DNA from: a virus
Strand: one strand, 5' to 3'
Virus record (IMG/VR): IMGVR_UViG_3300045988_171772
Location: 32,001-96,000 of that record
Length of the DNA stretch: 64,000 bases
This document shows positions 26,598-36,094 of this stretch, piece after piece. Within the stretch, counting starts at the first letter, position 1. Each line of letters opens with the position of its first letter. Position numbers and translations under genes: made by a program. The notes beneath the pieces are model-generated. The model saw nothing but the letters and a program-made list of their open reading frames with translations, did no database searches and was not told the DNA's origin.

Positions 26598-28655
26598 TTA
26601 GATCATGACATCACTGCCATCATCATCCGGAATGATGGAGCTCACCTTGGATACAAAGAGAGGATCCAGATGAGAGGATGCTGTCTTCTCATAGAATTCC
26701 GGAGAGAGCAGCTGCTTCTTCAGATATCCATAAGACAGAGAGATGACCGGAGAGGGATTCTTAAAGAGAGCATCATTCAATCTCAGAATGACGTAATCAT
26801 TCAGATCCCCATTGGGTCCAAAGTCAGGGTCTTCATAGACATTGCTCTTCTTCCGGATGAGAGCACGTACCAGCATCTCCATATGGACGAAGTTGTAGTC
26901 AATGCCTGCTTCCAACTGCTGCTCTGCCATCATCTGCAAGACTTCATCAATGGTATTGCAACCCATACGGTCGTTGGTATTGAGAAGCTTGTTGATATTC
27001 TTAATGGGCCGAGTCAGCTCCTGCGATTTGACCTCTACATTGAAGAGGACCGAAGAGTCATCATCGAAATTCTCCAGAGAGATGGGCTTGCTCCGATCTT
27101 TCTGCTTCAGAATCATAGAAGCCAACTGATCACTCAGATAGAGTTTGGCTCCACCTTCTTCCTTGATGGGATAGAGCACTCGACCAGAGAAGTCGATGAT
27201 ATTGAAAGAGTTGCAATAGTAATCAACCGTATCCTCGGTCTCTTCTTTGAGAATCTCCGGAATCTGGATAAAGAGTTCTTCATCCGATTCTGCATTCGAC
27301 TTCATTGTGATGTCGTTGGAGTAGAGCTCAAACTGCTCATCGAACTCCGGAGACATGACGATGGGATCACTGTGGGTCATCTGCAGATGCTTGGAAGAAA
27401 GGACACGCTGACCCAGAGGTTCAGTCACCTTCATAGCAGCATAGGCACCAGCAGAATAGAGATCCTTATTCAACTCAAAGAGTCCACCATAGCAGTAGGC
27501 ACAGATACCATCCCGAGATGCACAGGTACAAGGAGAACGGAACTGAATGTGATGACCAATCAGATCCTTGTCTCTCTTATAGCTCAGCATTTTCAGATCC
27601 CCGTTCTCGTCATAGTAATACCGACGATCGAGCATCTTGAGGAATTTGTCATCCTTGATGAAGTATGTAACCGGCTTGGATGTATTGCACTTGAGATAAT
27701 CTCTTCTCAATTGCACAGCTGTCGCAGCAGTGGTTGCCTTCTTGGAGAATGCGCCAGGCTCACCCATCTTGGTCTTGGACATAATCAGAGACTTACGACC
27801 AGACATGGCATCCAGATAATACGCAGAGGGACTGCTGATGCCATCCACTAAGATATTCTTGTCGATCAGATGAGGAACGGTGGTACCATTGATGTCAGAC
27901 TTCAAGCCGATCATAATGGCGATCTCTTTAAACTGACCTTTGCTCAGGTTATTGCCAGACTGGAAGAGAGGTTTCAGATCATTGTCTTCATCCTGTACGA
28001 AGAGATCAATCAATCTCGAAGTCCTCTTATCCAATTCTGCTTCAATCTCAATCGGCTGCAGATTGGGATCGAGTTTCTCATGCATGAGATAATCAATCTC
28101 AGGATTTCTCTTGGCAGCCTGAATGATGGAATAAACCGAAACGCCCAAACCAAAGATGGGAGAGAATGCCCGAGAAATGGCAGTCATATGATGGGTGATC
28201 TCATCAATGATGCGACTCTGGGTATGGAAATCCACATCGGTGATATTGGGAAGAATCATATCATTGATATACTCAGTGATCTGATTCATAGAGGCATTCT
28301 TGAAATCAAAGATGAAAGATTCATCCAGGATATCATAGCAGTCACATTCCATGAATGCATACCACAGAATGAGATTGCTCAAGAAATGCCGAATTTGTAA
28401 AGTATGCAGATTCTTTTTCTTATCCTTCTCATCTCCATGATGAATATAGAAGTGAATCGGCATGGTGCGGATCTCTTTGTCTTCGAATTTGTATTTCAGA
28501 ATATCCAAAAGATCCTGGTAGACTTCCTCAAAGGAATCCTTATCCTTCAGGATATCATCGAGGAAGAAATAGACGTTGCTGTAGGTGGACATCAATTCCT
28601 CGAAGGATTTCTTCGGATGCCCATCGTATTCAATCGTAATACCTGCTCCCATCAT
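26598..28655 (-). CDS. multisubunit RNAP beta-prime-like subunit, C-terminal half
   Basis: SGNNLSKGQFKEIAIMIGLK..DGISSPSAYYLDAMSGRKSLIMSKTKMGEPGAFSKK resembles SGARG..Q..GMRGL..EYF.S.HGARKG..DTA; FRSPCTCASRDGICAYCYG resembles RSP.TC....GVC..CYG; GAGGAG RBS. Confidence 0.75.
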   Translation of the reverse strand: MMGAGITIEYDGHPKKSFEELMSTYSNVYFFLDDILKDKDSFEEVYQDLLDILKYKFEDKEIRTMPIHFYIHHGDEKDKKKNLHTLQIRHFLSNLILWYAFMECDCYDILDESFIFDFKNASMNQITEYINDMILPNITDVDFHTQSRIIDEITHHMTAISRAFSPIFGLGVSVYSIIQAAKRNPEIDYLMHEKLDPNLQPIEIEAELDKRTSRLIDLFVQDEDNDLKPLFQSGNNLSKGQFKEIAIMIGLKSDINGTTVPHLIDKNILVDGISSPSAYYLDAMSGRKSLIMSKTKMGEPGAFSKKATTAATAVQLRRDYLKCNTSKPVTYFIKDDKFLKMLDRRYYYDENGDLKMLSYKRDKDLIGHHIQFRSPCTCASRDGICAYCYGGLFELNKDLYSAGAYAAMKVTEPLGQRVLSSKHLQMTHSDPIVMSPEFDEQFELYSNDITMKSNAESDEELFIQIPEILKEETEDTVDYYCNSFNIIDFSGRVLYPIKEEGGAKLYLSDQLASMILKQKDRSKPISLENFDDDSSVLFNVEVKSQELTRPIKNINKLLNTNDRMGCNTIDEVLQMMAEQQLEAGIDYNFVHMEMLVRALIRKKSNVYEDPDFGPNGDLNDYVILRLNDALFKNPSPVISLSYGYLKKQLLSPEFYEKTASSHLDPLFVSKVSSIIPDDDGSDVMI

Positions 28656-28658
28656 TCT

Positions 28659-29171
28659 TTACTCCTCTGCTTCCGTGTTGAGTTCTTCGGAAGGAATCTC
28701 CTCATCTTCCGAAGCTTCTTCTCCATGCACCTTCTTCTCAATCTCTTTGGAGACTTTCTTCATACGATTCTCCATCGCATTCTTCCAATCGGTGGAGGTA
28801 TCCTCCTTTTCTACGATTTTGATCTCGGCATACTTCAATCCATCAAACTGGACCGAAGAGTCATACTCATTGATGAATTTGAGATAGTCCTCCAGACTGT
28901 CAAAGGAGATCTCAACGGGGAATCCTTTGGCTTGACAGGTATCACTGTTATAGTATTCAGCAATCTCCTGGTGAATGTGGTATCCGGCATCACAAGGTTC
29001 CGGATTCGGATTGAAATAGAAGTTATCGAAGAGCTCCATGAAGGGAGTGAATGCACCACTCATACCGACATCGGAGTTGGAAGAGACATTCAGGTCGATC
29101 TTCCCAAGATAGGAGGGATGGATATTACGATATTTCTGGGAAATGATTTTAGAGCTCTGCTCACCTAGAGA
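28659..29171 (-). CDS. RNAP beta-like subunit (N-terminal-half protein), exon 2
   Basis: KYRNIHPSYLGKIDLNVSSNSDVGMSGAF resembles beta [24 protein letters not shown]; the first 38 codons of track ORF 28659..29285 are intronic (they contain the S element, P8 and P9). Confidence 0.65.
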   Translation of the reverse strand, partial: SLGEQSSKIISQKYRNIHPSYLGKIDLNVSSNSDVGMSGAFTPFMELFDNFYFNPNPEPCDAGYHIHQEIAEYYNSDTCQAKGFPVEISFDSLEDYLKFINEYDSSVQFDGLKYAEIKIVEKEDTSTDWKNAMENRMKKVSKEIEKKVHGEEASEDEEIPSEELNTEAEE

Positions 29172-29579
29172 CGACTTATAGGTTTCACTATAAGACTGAC
29201 TATATCTTACCCGAGATAAGGAGTTCTTTCTTATCTCGAATCTCTCCCGCTTTGATTGAATGGAATTACGATAGACTACTGTCATCTATCTACCAACTAA
29301 GAGAAGTCTCTTAGCTCTACTCTACTCAGTTCTACCTGAGGTATTCCTACCTAAGTTACCCTTTCGATAGTCGATGAACCTTATCCTACTTTCATAGGAT
29401 CTTGGCTGCGTGATTGGCCCTACTCTCGACCTTGTTACTATACCAACTGAAATAATGTCCTCTTTAGATCAAGTCCAGTTGCCATATAGGCAGTGATGTC
29501 TATATTTAGTAGTCGGGATTTGACAGGCTATCGTCCCCGCAATTCAAGAGAGTTTATACCGAACTCTTTCAGGTATCAA
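29172..29579 (-). ncRNA. group I self-splicing intron, ORF-less (about 408 nt; 3' boundary +/- a few nt)
   Basis: Minus strand: P AATTGCGGGG 29544-29535, Q AAATCCCGAC 29521-29512, R GGTTCATCGACTA 29380-29368, S AAGATATAGTC 29208-29198. P1 pairs exon CCGAAU with GTTCGG (U.G at the splice site). P3 is 8 bp, P8 9 bp, P9 7 bp. Candidate omega-G at 29172. Confidence 0.7.
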
Positions 29580-30956
29580 ATTCGGTCCTTTAGCAGAGAA
29601 ATAGAGATCTTGGAGCATGGTCATATCATTGACCAACTCATCGGATTTCACAAGGTCTCCAATGTTTCTCATGCCATTGATGATGATGTCCGAACCAAAG
29701 TTGAAGAGTTCCAGGAGGGTATCCATGGTATTCAACTTAGACTTGGACTTCTTCTCGATGAGCTTGTTGATATTCTCGTTGATCTTCTTTCCCAGAGAAG
29801 ACATAACGATGTATTCATTCTTCCGGATTCTCTTATTATCCAGATCCATATTATTCCGATTCTTGAGAGAATCAAAATCCAGGATCATCCATCTGAGAAT
29901 CGAGTAGATATTCTTCTTATAACAGTCAGGAAGACGGAGATTGACCTGGGTAATGGTATCCAAGAGTCTCTCGATCATATGCATGGTGGTTTTGCCCTTC
30001 TCTGCAAAGGTCTCGAGATTCTTAGAGTGAGCAGATCCAATGGAACCTACTCGACAGGTCCAATACATAGTATTCTCTACCGTCTCCATGGTCATAGGAA
30101 AGTCTGCAGACATGCAGGCCGCGATCATAGCGGTGAAGTTTCCTACAAACGGTACATTCTCCATGAGGTAACGATCTACCTGGAGAATGATCTCATTCAC
30201 CCCGAAATACCGATACCGCTCATGATCATACTGATCCGCATGATCATCAAAGAAGAGCTTATCGAAGGGGAGAATCTTGATGACATCCTGGAGGCCAAAG
30301 TAGGCAATGGTATTCTTCAATCCAATCTTCGCAGAGAAGATCATGACAGGATTGATGAATTTTACCTTGGCTGCTTTGGACTTGGATGCAAATCTCGTCT
30401 TCCGATTCAATGCATAGCTATAGGTAGAGAATTGCATGACCTCACCATTCATATCGATGAGAGGACGCTTCTTACTCTTATAGACGATGATCGGCATACG
30501 GGACTTCATCGTGATCTTACCCTTCTGACTATAGGTAGATGCATCCACCAGCTGCCAGAGAGCTTTCCACTTTTTGTTATTGAGGGTATAGAATCCATCA
30601 TACTCAATCGGAATCAGAATCTTCTTGACGATATTCCTCTCATTCTTATTCGTCTTGATGTTGACGTGGAACTGGATCTCACCCACTCGATTGGTAGCCA
30701 GATATTTGAATTTGGGAATGTCATAATTCCCAGACTTTCTTTTGTAGTTGATATTGACAGAGTGCTCATTCACATCCACTTTGTCAGGATCCACTACGAT
30801 GTCATACCCGGTGATGGTGATGTTTTCAATGGCTTCAAATTCTTTCATCGCCATCACAACCAGATCGGGAATGGGGATGTCATTCTCCGATCTCAGAAAA
30901 GGAAGATTGAGCTCCTTTTCCATAGGATTGGGAAATTGATAGATATAATTTAGCAT
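29580..30956 (-). CDS. RNAP beta-like subunit (N-terminal-half protein), exon 1
   Basis: ILIPIEYDGFYTLNNKKW resembles beta IP..T..GTFIING.ERV; DLDNKRIRKNEYI resembles DHLGNRR.R..GE; LYFSAKGPN resembles ISALGPGG; AGGAG RBS; the last 11 codons and the TGA of the track ORF are intronic. Confidence 0.7.
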
Positions 30957-30989
30957 TTTCTGTGATCTCCTATGAGAATTTCAAGTAAA

Positions 30990-31037
30990 AGAAAAGGTGT
31001 CATTCCAGAGTTCTCTCTGTGAGATAACACCTTTTCT
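30990..31037 (-). terminator. stem-loop terminator
   Basis: AGAAAAGGTGT...ACACCTTTTCT. Confidence 0.5.
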
Positions 31038-31044
31038 TACGGAC

Positions 31045-31467
31045 TTACTTGGAGAATACGACCTTGGTCACATCCAGCTTCTGAGGATCGGTCTTGTTCG
31101 GTTTGGCCTCAAAGCTGCTGATCACCACCGGAGTGATATTCATCGTCTTCTGGTATTTCCCCAGAGGAAGACGAACTTCATCTCCTTCCTGAATGATCTC
31201 AGACTTCCAGTCATCTTCCGGAATCCTGGTGGTATAGATGACGACCTTCAGAATATGAACGGTGTCACCCACCAGGGCATTCAGCGGTTCCATAGGATCT
31301 TCTTTGGTGAAGTCCACCATACTCTCCAAGAGAGCTGCCACAGCAGTCTTCTCAGTGAGATAGAAGGACTCTTTCCGGGGATCGATCTTCATCGTTTCCC
31401 CATTCTTCATCTTGTATGCCTTATACAAGGTGAGGGTCTTTTTGGTACGAAGTGCTTCCGAAACCAT
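31045..31467 (-). CDS. hypothetical protein (140 aa)
   Basis: Clean ORF in operon downstream of the ligase. Confidence 0.75.
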   Translation of the reverse strand: MVSEALRTKKTLTLYKAYKMKNGETMKIDPRKESFYLTEKTAVAALLESMVDFTKEDPMEPLNALVGDTVHILKVVIYTTRIPEDDWKSEIIQEGDEVRLPLGKYQKTMNITPVVISSFEAKPNKTDPQKLDVTKVVFSK

Positions 31468-31482
31468 CTTGTATCAGCCTCT

Positions 31483-32181
31483 TTATCCTTTCTCGGTAAA
31501 GGAATCCTGCTTGATGGTGAGCTTAGCGCATACACCAGGAAGGATTCGGAAGAACGGTTCACCCTTGCGGATGACGACAGAGACTTCGATCACATCACCC
31601 AGATTATACATGATGGTGTGACCCGTCTCTTCTGCCAACTCTGCCAGCGTGTCAAACATCCCTGCCAGGAAATAGCAGCCGACCATCGCCGGAAGATCTC
31701 CATCCATCGTCATGATGGCATGTTTCTCCTGAAGGTCTTTGATGGTCGAGGTGTTGATCCTTCTCATGAGATGCTCTTCATTCGGATCATCCGGATTGTG
31801 CATCCTGAGAATATGGACATCCTGACCATTCTGCTTGGTGACCGTCACGATGAATTTCTTCATGTCATCCAGATGGACTTCCATACAACGGTCAAAGACG
31901 ACATTCAGATTGCCGTCCTTCTCCTCATCGGCATCCTTGGCACTCAGATAGGCAGTCAGGATCGGCCACAGACTAAGCTGGGTAATCCCTTGACGTTTCG
32001 CAATATCACCCAGCACCTGAATCATCGTCGTGATGGTTCTGGCTGCATAGGTATACTGTGTAAAGGGCTTCTGAAGCCAGATATCAGTATCTTCCCCGAG
32101 AACCGGACAGACTTTCTGCTCAATCCTACGGGTGATCTCCTGCTGCTTCGGGTTGGTCGGATTCATTGGGACTTGTTTCAT
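31483..32181 (-). CDS. hypothetical protein (232 aa)
   Basis: Clean ORF; GGAGG-type RBS. Confidence 0.75.
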   Translation of the reverse strand: MKQVPMNPTNPKQQEITRRIEQKVCPVLGEDTDIWLQKPFTQYTYAARTITTMIQVLGDIAKRQGITQLSLWPILTAYLSAKDADEEKDGNLNVVFDRCMEVHLDDMKKFIVTVTKQNGQDVHILRMHNPDDPNEEHLMRRINTSTIKDLQEKHAIMTMDGDLPAMVGCYFLAGMFDTLAELAEETGHTIMYNLGDVIEVSVVIRKGEPFFRILPGVCAKLTIKQDSFTEKG

Positions 32182-32229
32182 AACGATTTGCCTCCTTAGC
32201 TTTAATCCAAAGATATGATATATGCAGAT

Positions 32230-34278
32230 TTATAATTTACTGCAATAATCATAAGCATCTTCAATATCACTATAGAGAATGAGAGGGATTCCCATCTCTA
32301 CAGCTCTCTTTGCTTTGCTCGTATTCAAATTGGATGCCACCACGAGGGCGGTATTCCGATTCATTGTCTCTGCGACTCGAATTCCAATCTTCTTGAATTT
32401 CTCGACCCAGTTCTTGTCACGGAATCCAGAGAATACGATGGTGGCCTTATACTGAACCTCGCCGACGAGATTCATCATACGAGCCAGTGTTTGGATCTCG
32501 ACTCGATGCTCTGCGACAAAGTTGATGATGGTCGTTGCACGACTTTCACCAATCCCAGAAATCATAAAGAGTCGATCTCTCATCTCATGTTTTTCGAATA
32601 GATTCTTCGGTGTGATCATTCTGGACTCATTGATCAATTGATCAAAGGGAATCTCCTGGAAGATCAATTGGGATATCTTTTCAGACACACCAGGGCATCC
32701 GATCGCTCCAAAGAATTCCGAAATATTGATCGGTCTTTCTCTAAGCTTCTTAATCTCATTCAGGATGTTACTTGCCTTGGTGGGTCCAATCCCTTCAATG
32801 TCATCGAAGTCATCCATACGGAGTGCCAGAACATCCGGAAGTTCTCTGATAATCTTCTTGTCATAGAGAAGCTCAATGGTGGAGTCACTGACATCTTCCA
32901 CTCCCAGCTTCTGCAGGAAGTTTGTAATTCTTCCTGTTTTGATTCGCACACATTGGGAGTTTGTGCAGTGTGCATTCTCCAAGGGTTGCCCACAATACGG
33001 ACAAATCTCAGGAATCTGCAGATAAGGAGATCCCATATTATACTTGGGTGGGTCACACTGCTTCATCTGAGGAATGACATCTCCAGCCGAATAGATGATG
33101 ACTTCTTCCCCTTCATGAAGACCCATCTGATAGAATTTACCAAAAGACCCAAGGGACACATCGGTCACCACAGTCTCATTCACATCACATGGTTCCACTT
33201 CAATCATGGGGACGGCATATCCGGTTCTGCCCATACTGACATATCCACGAATGATATGGGTATATGCCTTGGCAGTATTGACCTTGAATGCCATAGAGTT
33301 TTCCATGACATCATTGGTATTCATATCCGTAATCATCGGATAGAGGACTACACCATCGGCCCGGAATTCATAATCAGGAGATTTCACCTTCCTCAGCACA
33401 TCTTGTGCTATACTAATCAGTTCCTGAGCCGATGACGATTTGAGTCGTACAGAGTCCTGAGGATTATAGTCAATTCCATCCTCTCCATACCAGAGAAGAG
33501 GAACTGCCTCGATATGACAGGCATTCTGGATATTCTTGGGGCTATTGACAATCGCAGAAGTTGCAGATCTCCGATTGGCATACCCTTGCTCCTTCAGAGG
33601 AGGAAACTCTCTGCTGGGTACACAGAGTTCCACCTTCAGGAATCCTGTCTCATGACCTCTCCAATAGAGAATCTGATCCAGATTACAGCACCGCAATACC
33701 ACTTCGGTGATATCCTGACCCATTTCTCTATCTCCTCTGGTAATCGCCTGGATCAGCCTGTGATCTTTAATCTCCAGATTCGCAGAGATACCATCAAACT
33801 TCGGAGCCACCACCCATTCCACAATCGGATGCTTGGTGGTAGACCCATGCTGATAGTTGATGTTATTGATGAAGGCCTCCAACTCTTTCAGAGTATACAC
33901 CTTCTGGACAGTGCCAACCATCCAAGGTGCATTGTGATGGACCATCTTCCATTCAGATCCAAAGATATCTGCATAGACCAATGGCTTATGTCCATGGACT
34001 TGCCAGAGTCTATGGATCATATCATAATCATGGTCACTGATAAAGACAGATCCATCCTCACTATAGGTATACTGATCCAAGGTGATCATTATGAGCGCTT
34101 TCAAACCATCATCGGTGGGATCGTATTCACCATTCACGATGATGGTCGCATAGGTCTGGATATCATTGATCCATTTCTCTTTGATATCATCCAGTGTAAT
34201 CGAACGATTGAGAAGCTTCGAATATAATTGGATGACCCTCTGCTCGATATTGACATAATTCAAAAGTTTATCTTTCAT
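32230..34278 (-). CDS. ligA: NAD-dependent DNA ligase (LigA family)
   Basis: Adenylation KFDGIS, ITRGD, ANRRSATSAI, ADGVVLY, OB-fold VSMGRTGYAVPMIEV, SAGDVIPQ, Zn finger CPYCGQPLENAHCTNSQC, HhH region, BRCT-like C-terminus IVFSGF. Confidence 0.9.
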   Translation of the reverse strand: MKDKLLNYVNIEQRVIQLYSKLLNRSITLDDIKEKWINDIQTYATIIVNGEYDPTDDGLKALIMITLDQYTYSEDGSVFISDHDYDMIHRLWQVHGHKPLVYADIFGSEWKMVHHNAPWMVGTVQKVYTLKELEAFINNINYQHGSTTKHPIVEWVVAPKFDGISANLEIKDHRLIQAITRGDREMGQDITEVVLRCCNLDQILYWRGHETGFLKVELCVPSREFPPLKEQGYANRRSATSAIVNSPKNIQNACHIEAVPLLWYGEDGIDYNPQDSVRLKSSSAQELISIAQDVLRKVKSPDYEFRADGVVLYPMITDMNTNDVMENSMAFKVNTAKAYTHIIRGYVSMGRTGYAVPMIEVEPCDVNETVVTDVSLGSFGKFYQMGLHEGEEVIIYSAGDVIPQMKQCDPPKYNMGSPYLQIPEICPYCGQPLENAHCTNSQCVRIKTGRITNFLQKLGVEDVSDSTIELLYDKKIIRELPDVLALRMDDFDDIEGIGPTKASNILNEIKKLRERPINISEFFGAIGCPGVSEKISQLIFQEIPFDQLINESRMITPKNLFEKHEMRDRLFMISGIGESRATTIINFVAEHRVEIQTLARMMNLVGEVQYKATIVFSGFRDKNWVEKFKKIGIRVAETMNRNTALVVASNLNTSKAKRAVEMGIPLILYSDIEDAYDYCSKL

Positions 34279-34368
34279 AGGAATTCCTCCTTATTTATTT
34301 TTCTTCATCATAATAATGATATACAGTAATTTTTACTTTTTATAAGTATAGCAAATATACCATGCATA

Positions 34369-34391
34369 TCCCTATATATTATCTATATAGA
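34369..34391 (+). promoter_or_regulatory. CTATATATTAT promoter-like motif in a divergent intergenic region (quasi-palindromic)
   Basis: TCCCTATATATTATCTATATAGA; lies between the ligase operon (minus) and 34397 (plus). Confidence 0.4.
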
Positions 34392-34396
34392 AAGGA

Positions 34397-34708
34397 TTGG
34401 TGATTATAGTGAAAAATATCAATTATCATTTTAATCTCAGATTTCCTTCTGACTTTTATGATCAGGAAGTGAAATCTGAGATTATCGGTTTTATCAGAGG
34501 TTTCTATTATGGGAGATCCTCATGTGGCAAGGATGCGTGTAGCGAGGAGGAATTGATCTCTTATCTGAATGAGATTGTCCTTTTCGAAGTATATAACATC
34601 CAATTCGTGAAATTTAACCAGGAAAGAGAGGAAGGAGAAAAGGAGATTGAGCTGACTGTAAATATCGACATAGATGTGACGGATAAAAGCCCGTATCCTT
34701 CTATGTGA
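34397..34708 (+). CDS. hypothetical protein (about 100 aa; start TTG/GTG uncertain)
   Basis: ORF with non-ATG starts at 34397/34400/34409; AAGGA upstream. Confidence 0.55.
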   Translation: MVIIVKNINYHFNLRFPSDFYDQEVKSEIIGFIRGFYYGRSSCGKDACSEEELISYLNEIVLFEVYNIQFVKFNQEREEGEKEIELTVNIDIDVTDKSPYPSM

Positions 34709-34733
34709 AAAAATCGAAAAGTCATCCATAAAA

Positions 34734-34760
34734 AGGTATATATTATATTAGTAAGATAAA
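34734..34760 (+). promoter_or_regulatory. TATATATTAT promoter-like motif
   Basis: AGGTATATATTATATTAGTAAGATAAA, about 70 nt upstream of ATG 34830. Confidence 0.35.
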
Positions 34761-34829
34761 GGAAAGAAAGGATTCCTTTTATCTATTTTAGGAAGCAGAA
34801 ATTTTGTATGATCTGAAAGGAGATCAACT

Positions 34830-35183
34830 ATGAAAACTCTTATCTCTATCATCGAAGTCAATTACGACGAAGTCGTTGTCACCAAGCTCGGGAATCGTCA
34901 GTATCTCTGCGAAAGCATTGCAGAGGACCTCGAGAATCTCGGTATCCACAACAGCACTTTCTCCTACTGCAAGAGAGTCAAAGCTGATGGTTCTCAGGAC
35001 TTCGTATCCCGCAATCCTGTTTGCTCTACTAAGCGTGGGGTTTTGAGCGGTTTCAACGAAGGTGACCATTTCAAGCAGCATGGAACCTGCACCATCGAAA
35101 TCTACGAGAACTTCGGCATCACCCAGTCTCTGTTTGGCAAGTATTCCTTTAAGCTTGCCAGCATCAACATTCCCAAACAGTAA
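34830..35183 (+). CDS. hypothetical protein (117 aa), GC-rich codon usage
   Basis: AAAGGAG RBS; C-ending codons as in the sheath and tube genes suggest high expression. Confidence 0.75.
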   Translation: MKTLISIIEVNYDEVVVTKLGNRQYLCESIAEDLENLGIHNSTFSYCKRVKADGSQDFVSRNPVCSTKRGVLSGFNEGDHFKQHGTCTIEIYENFGITQSLFGKYSFKLASINIPKQ

Positions 35184-35243
35184 TCCATCAGTCTATCCGT
35201 ATATCAACTTCATAAAATCTATTATTTAAAAGGAGATATCATC

Positions 35244-35576
35244 ATGAAAAACCTGAAAAACATCATCACTGAAAACAAACCTCTCATCGGTACCGTATAT
35301 GCTGTATCTTGCTGGTACGGATTCTGCTACCTGGCCGGCAAAGGAACCTCTGCTCTGATTAAAGAGCATTTCGACAAGCATCCCACTTCCAAGGGCAAGG
35401 TAGTCGTTGCATCCGCAGCGGCAACCGTGGGTGTCATGTGCCTTGCCAATTTCATTGGCGATCTGGTCGGTGAAAGCATCGGCCGGAATTTCTTCAAGGA
35501 ACCTAAGAAGCTCGAGGTCATCAAGAATGACCCCGAAGAGGATCTGGGTGATATGGACGACTCCGAAGTCGTCTAA
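35244..35576 (+). CDS. small membrane protein (110 aa, two hydrophobic segments, acidic tail)
   Basis: AAAGGAG RBS; LIGTVYAVSCWYGFCYLAG and VVVASAAATVGVMCLANFIGDLV; terminator 35586-35626. Confidence 0.7.
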   Translation: MKNLKNIITENKPLIGTVYAVSCWYGFCYLAGKGTSALIKEHFDKHPTSKGKVVVASAAATVGVMCLANFIGDLVGESIGRNFFKEPKKLEVIKNDPEEDLGDMDDSEVV

Positions 35577-35685
35577 AGACATCAAAAAAGAAAGGACTTA
35601 GCAGCCAGCTAGGTATCCTTTCTTTTTGCAAATTTTATGGGTACCTAAGTGGATATACAAGATTCCTCTTAGGTACCCATATTTT

Positions 35686-36087
35686 TTATTCAAATCCAGC
35701 AAAGCCGGTATTCATGAGCTGATCTCTATCAGCCTTTCCTCTGGCCATAACCAAATACTTTCGTTTGGTCTTCTTCTGTGTCAATGTGCGAATAACCTCA
35801 AATCCGAGTCCTTTATAGAGACCGATAGCAGGAGCATTGATAGACATGACAGTCAGATACTGACCATAAGTCGGATGCTTCTTTTCACAGTCTTTCAAGA
35901 CTCTCTTCAGAAGCATCTTGGCATATCCTTGTCTCTGATACTTCGGCATGGTATCCACATCATCAAGTAAGATCCAATCGAAGTTTTTGATCTCTGGAAA
36001 GATATTGATCTGAGCATGAGAAGCTTTTTCTCCATTTGCATAGAGAATGTATTCTCCATCTTTCTCAGTAATCTTAACACTATTCAT
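35686..36087 (-). CDS. GNAT-family N-acetyltransferase (small)
   Basis: Acetyl-CoA motif A-like QRQGYAKMLLKRVL...AIGLYKGLGFE; ATG 36087 preferred over TTG 36105. Confidence 0.7.
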   Translation of the reverse strand: MNSVKITEKDGEYILYANGEKASHAQINIFPEIKNFDWILLDDVDTMPKYQRQGYAKMLLKRVLKDCEKKHPTYGQYLTVMSINAPAIGLYKGLGFEVIRTLTQKKTKRKYLVMARGKADRDQLMNTGFAGFE

Positions 36088-36094
36088 GGTTCCA

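Noticed and set aside
28656-28661. In-frame TAA between the beta-like exon 2 and the beta-prime-like gene as another readthrough case
   Set aside because: The downstream gene has its own ATG-ATG start with a good GAGGAG RBS at ideal spacing. Ordinary translational coupling explains the arrangement.
29160-29175. Alternative 3' splice sites for the intron (after G 29175, G 29160 or G 29157)
   Set aside because: All are in frame. G 29175 is the closing base pair of P9, and the later sites give no P10 pairing. G 29172 lies 3 nt after P9 and allows TCT/AGA pairing. The exact site remains unproven.
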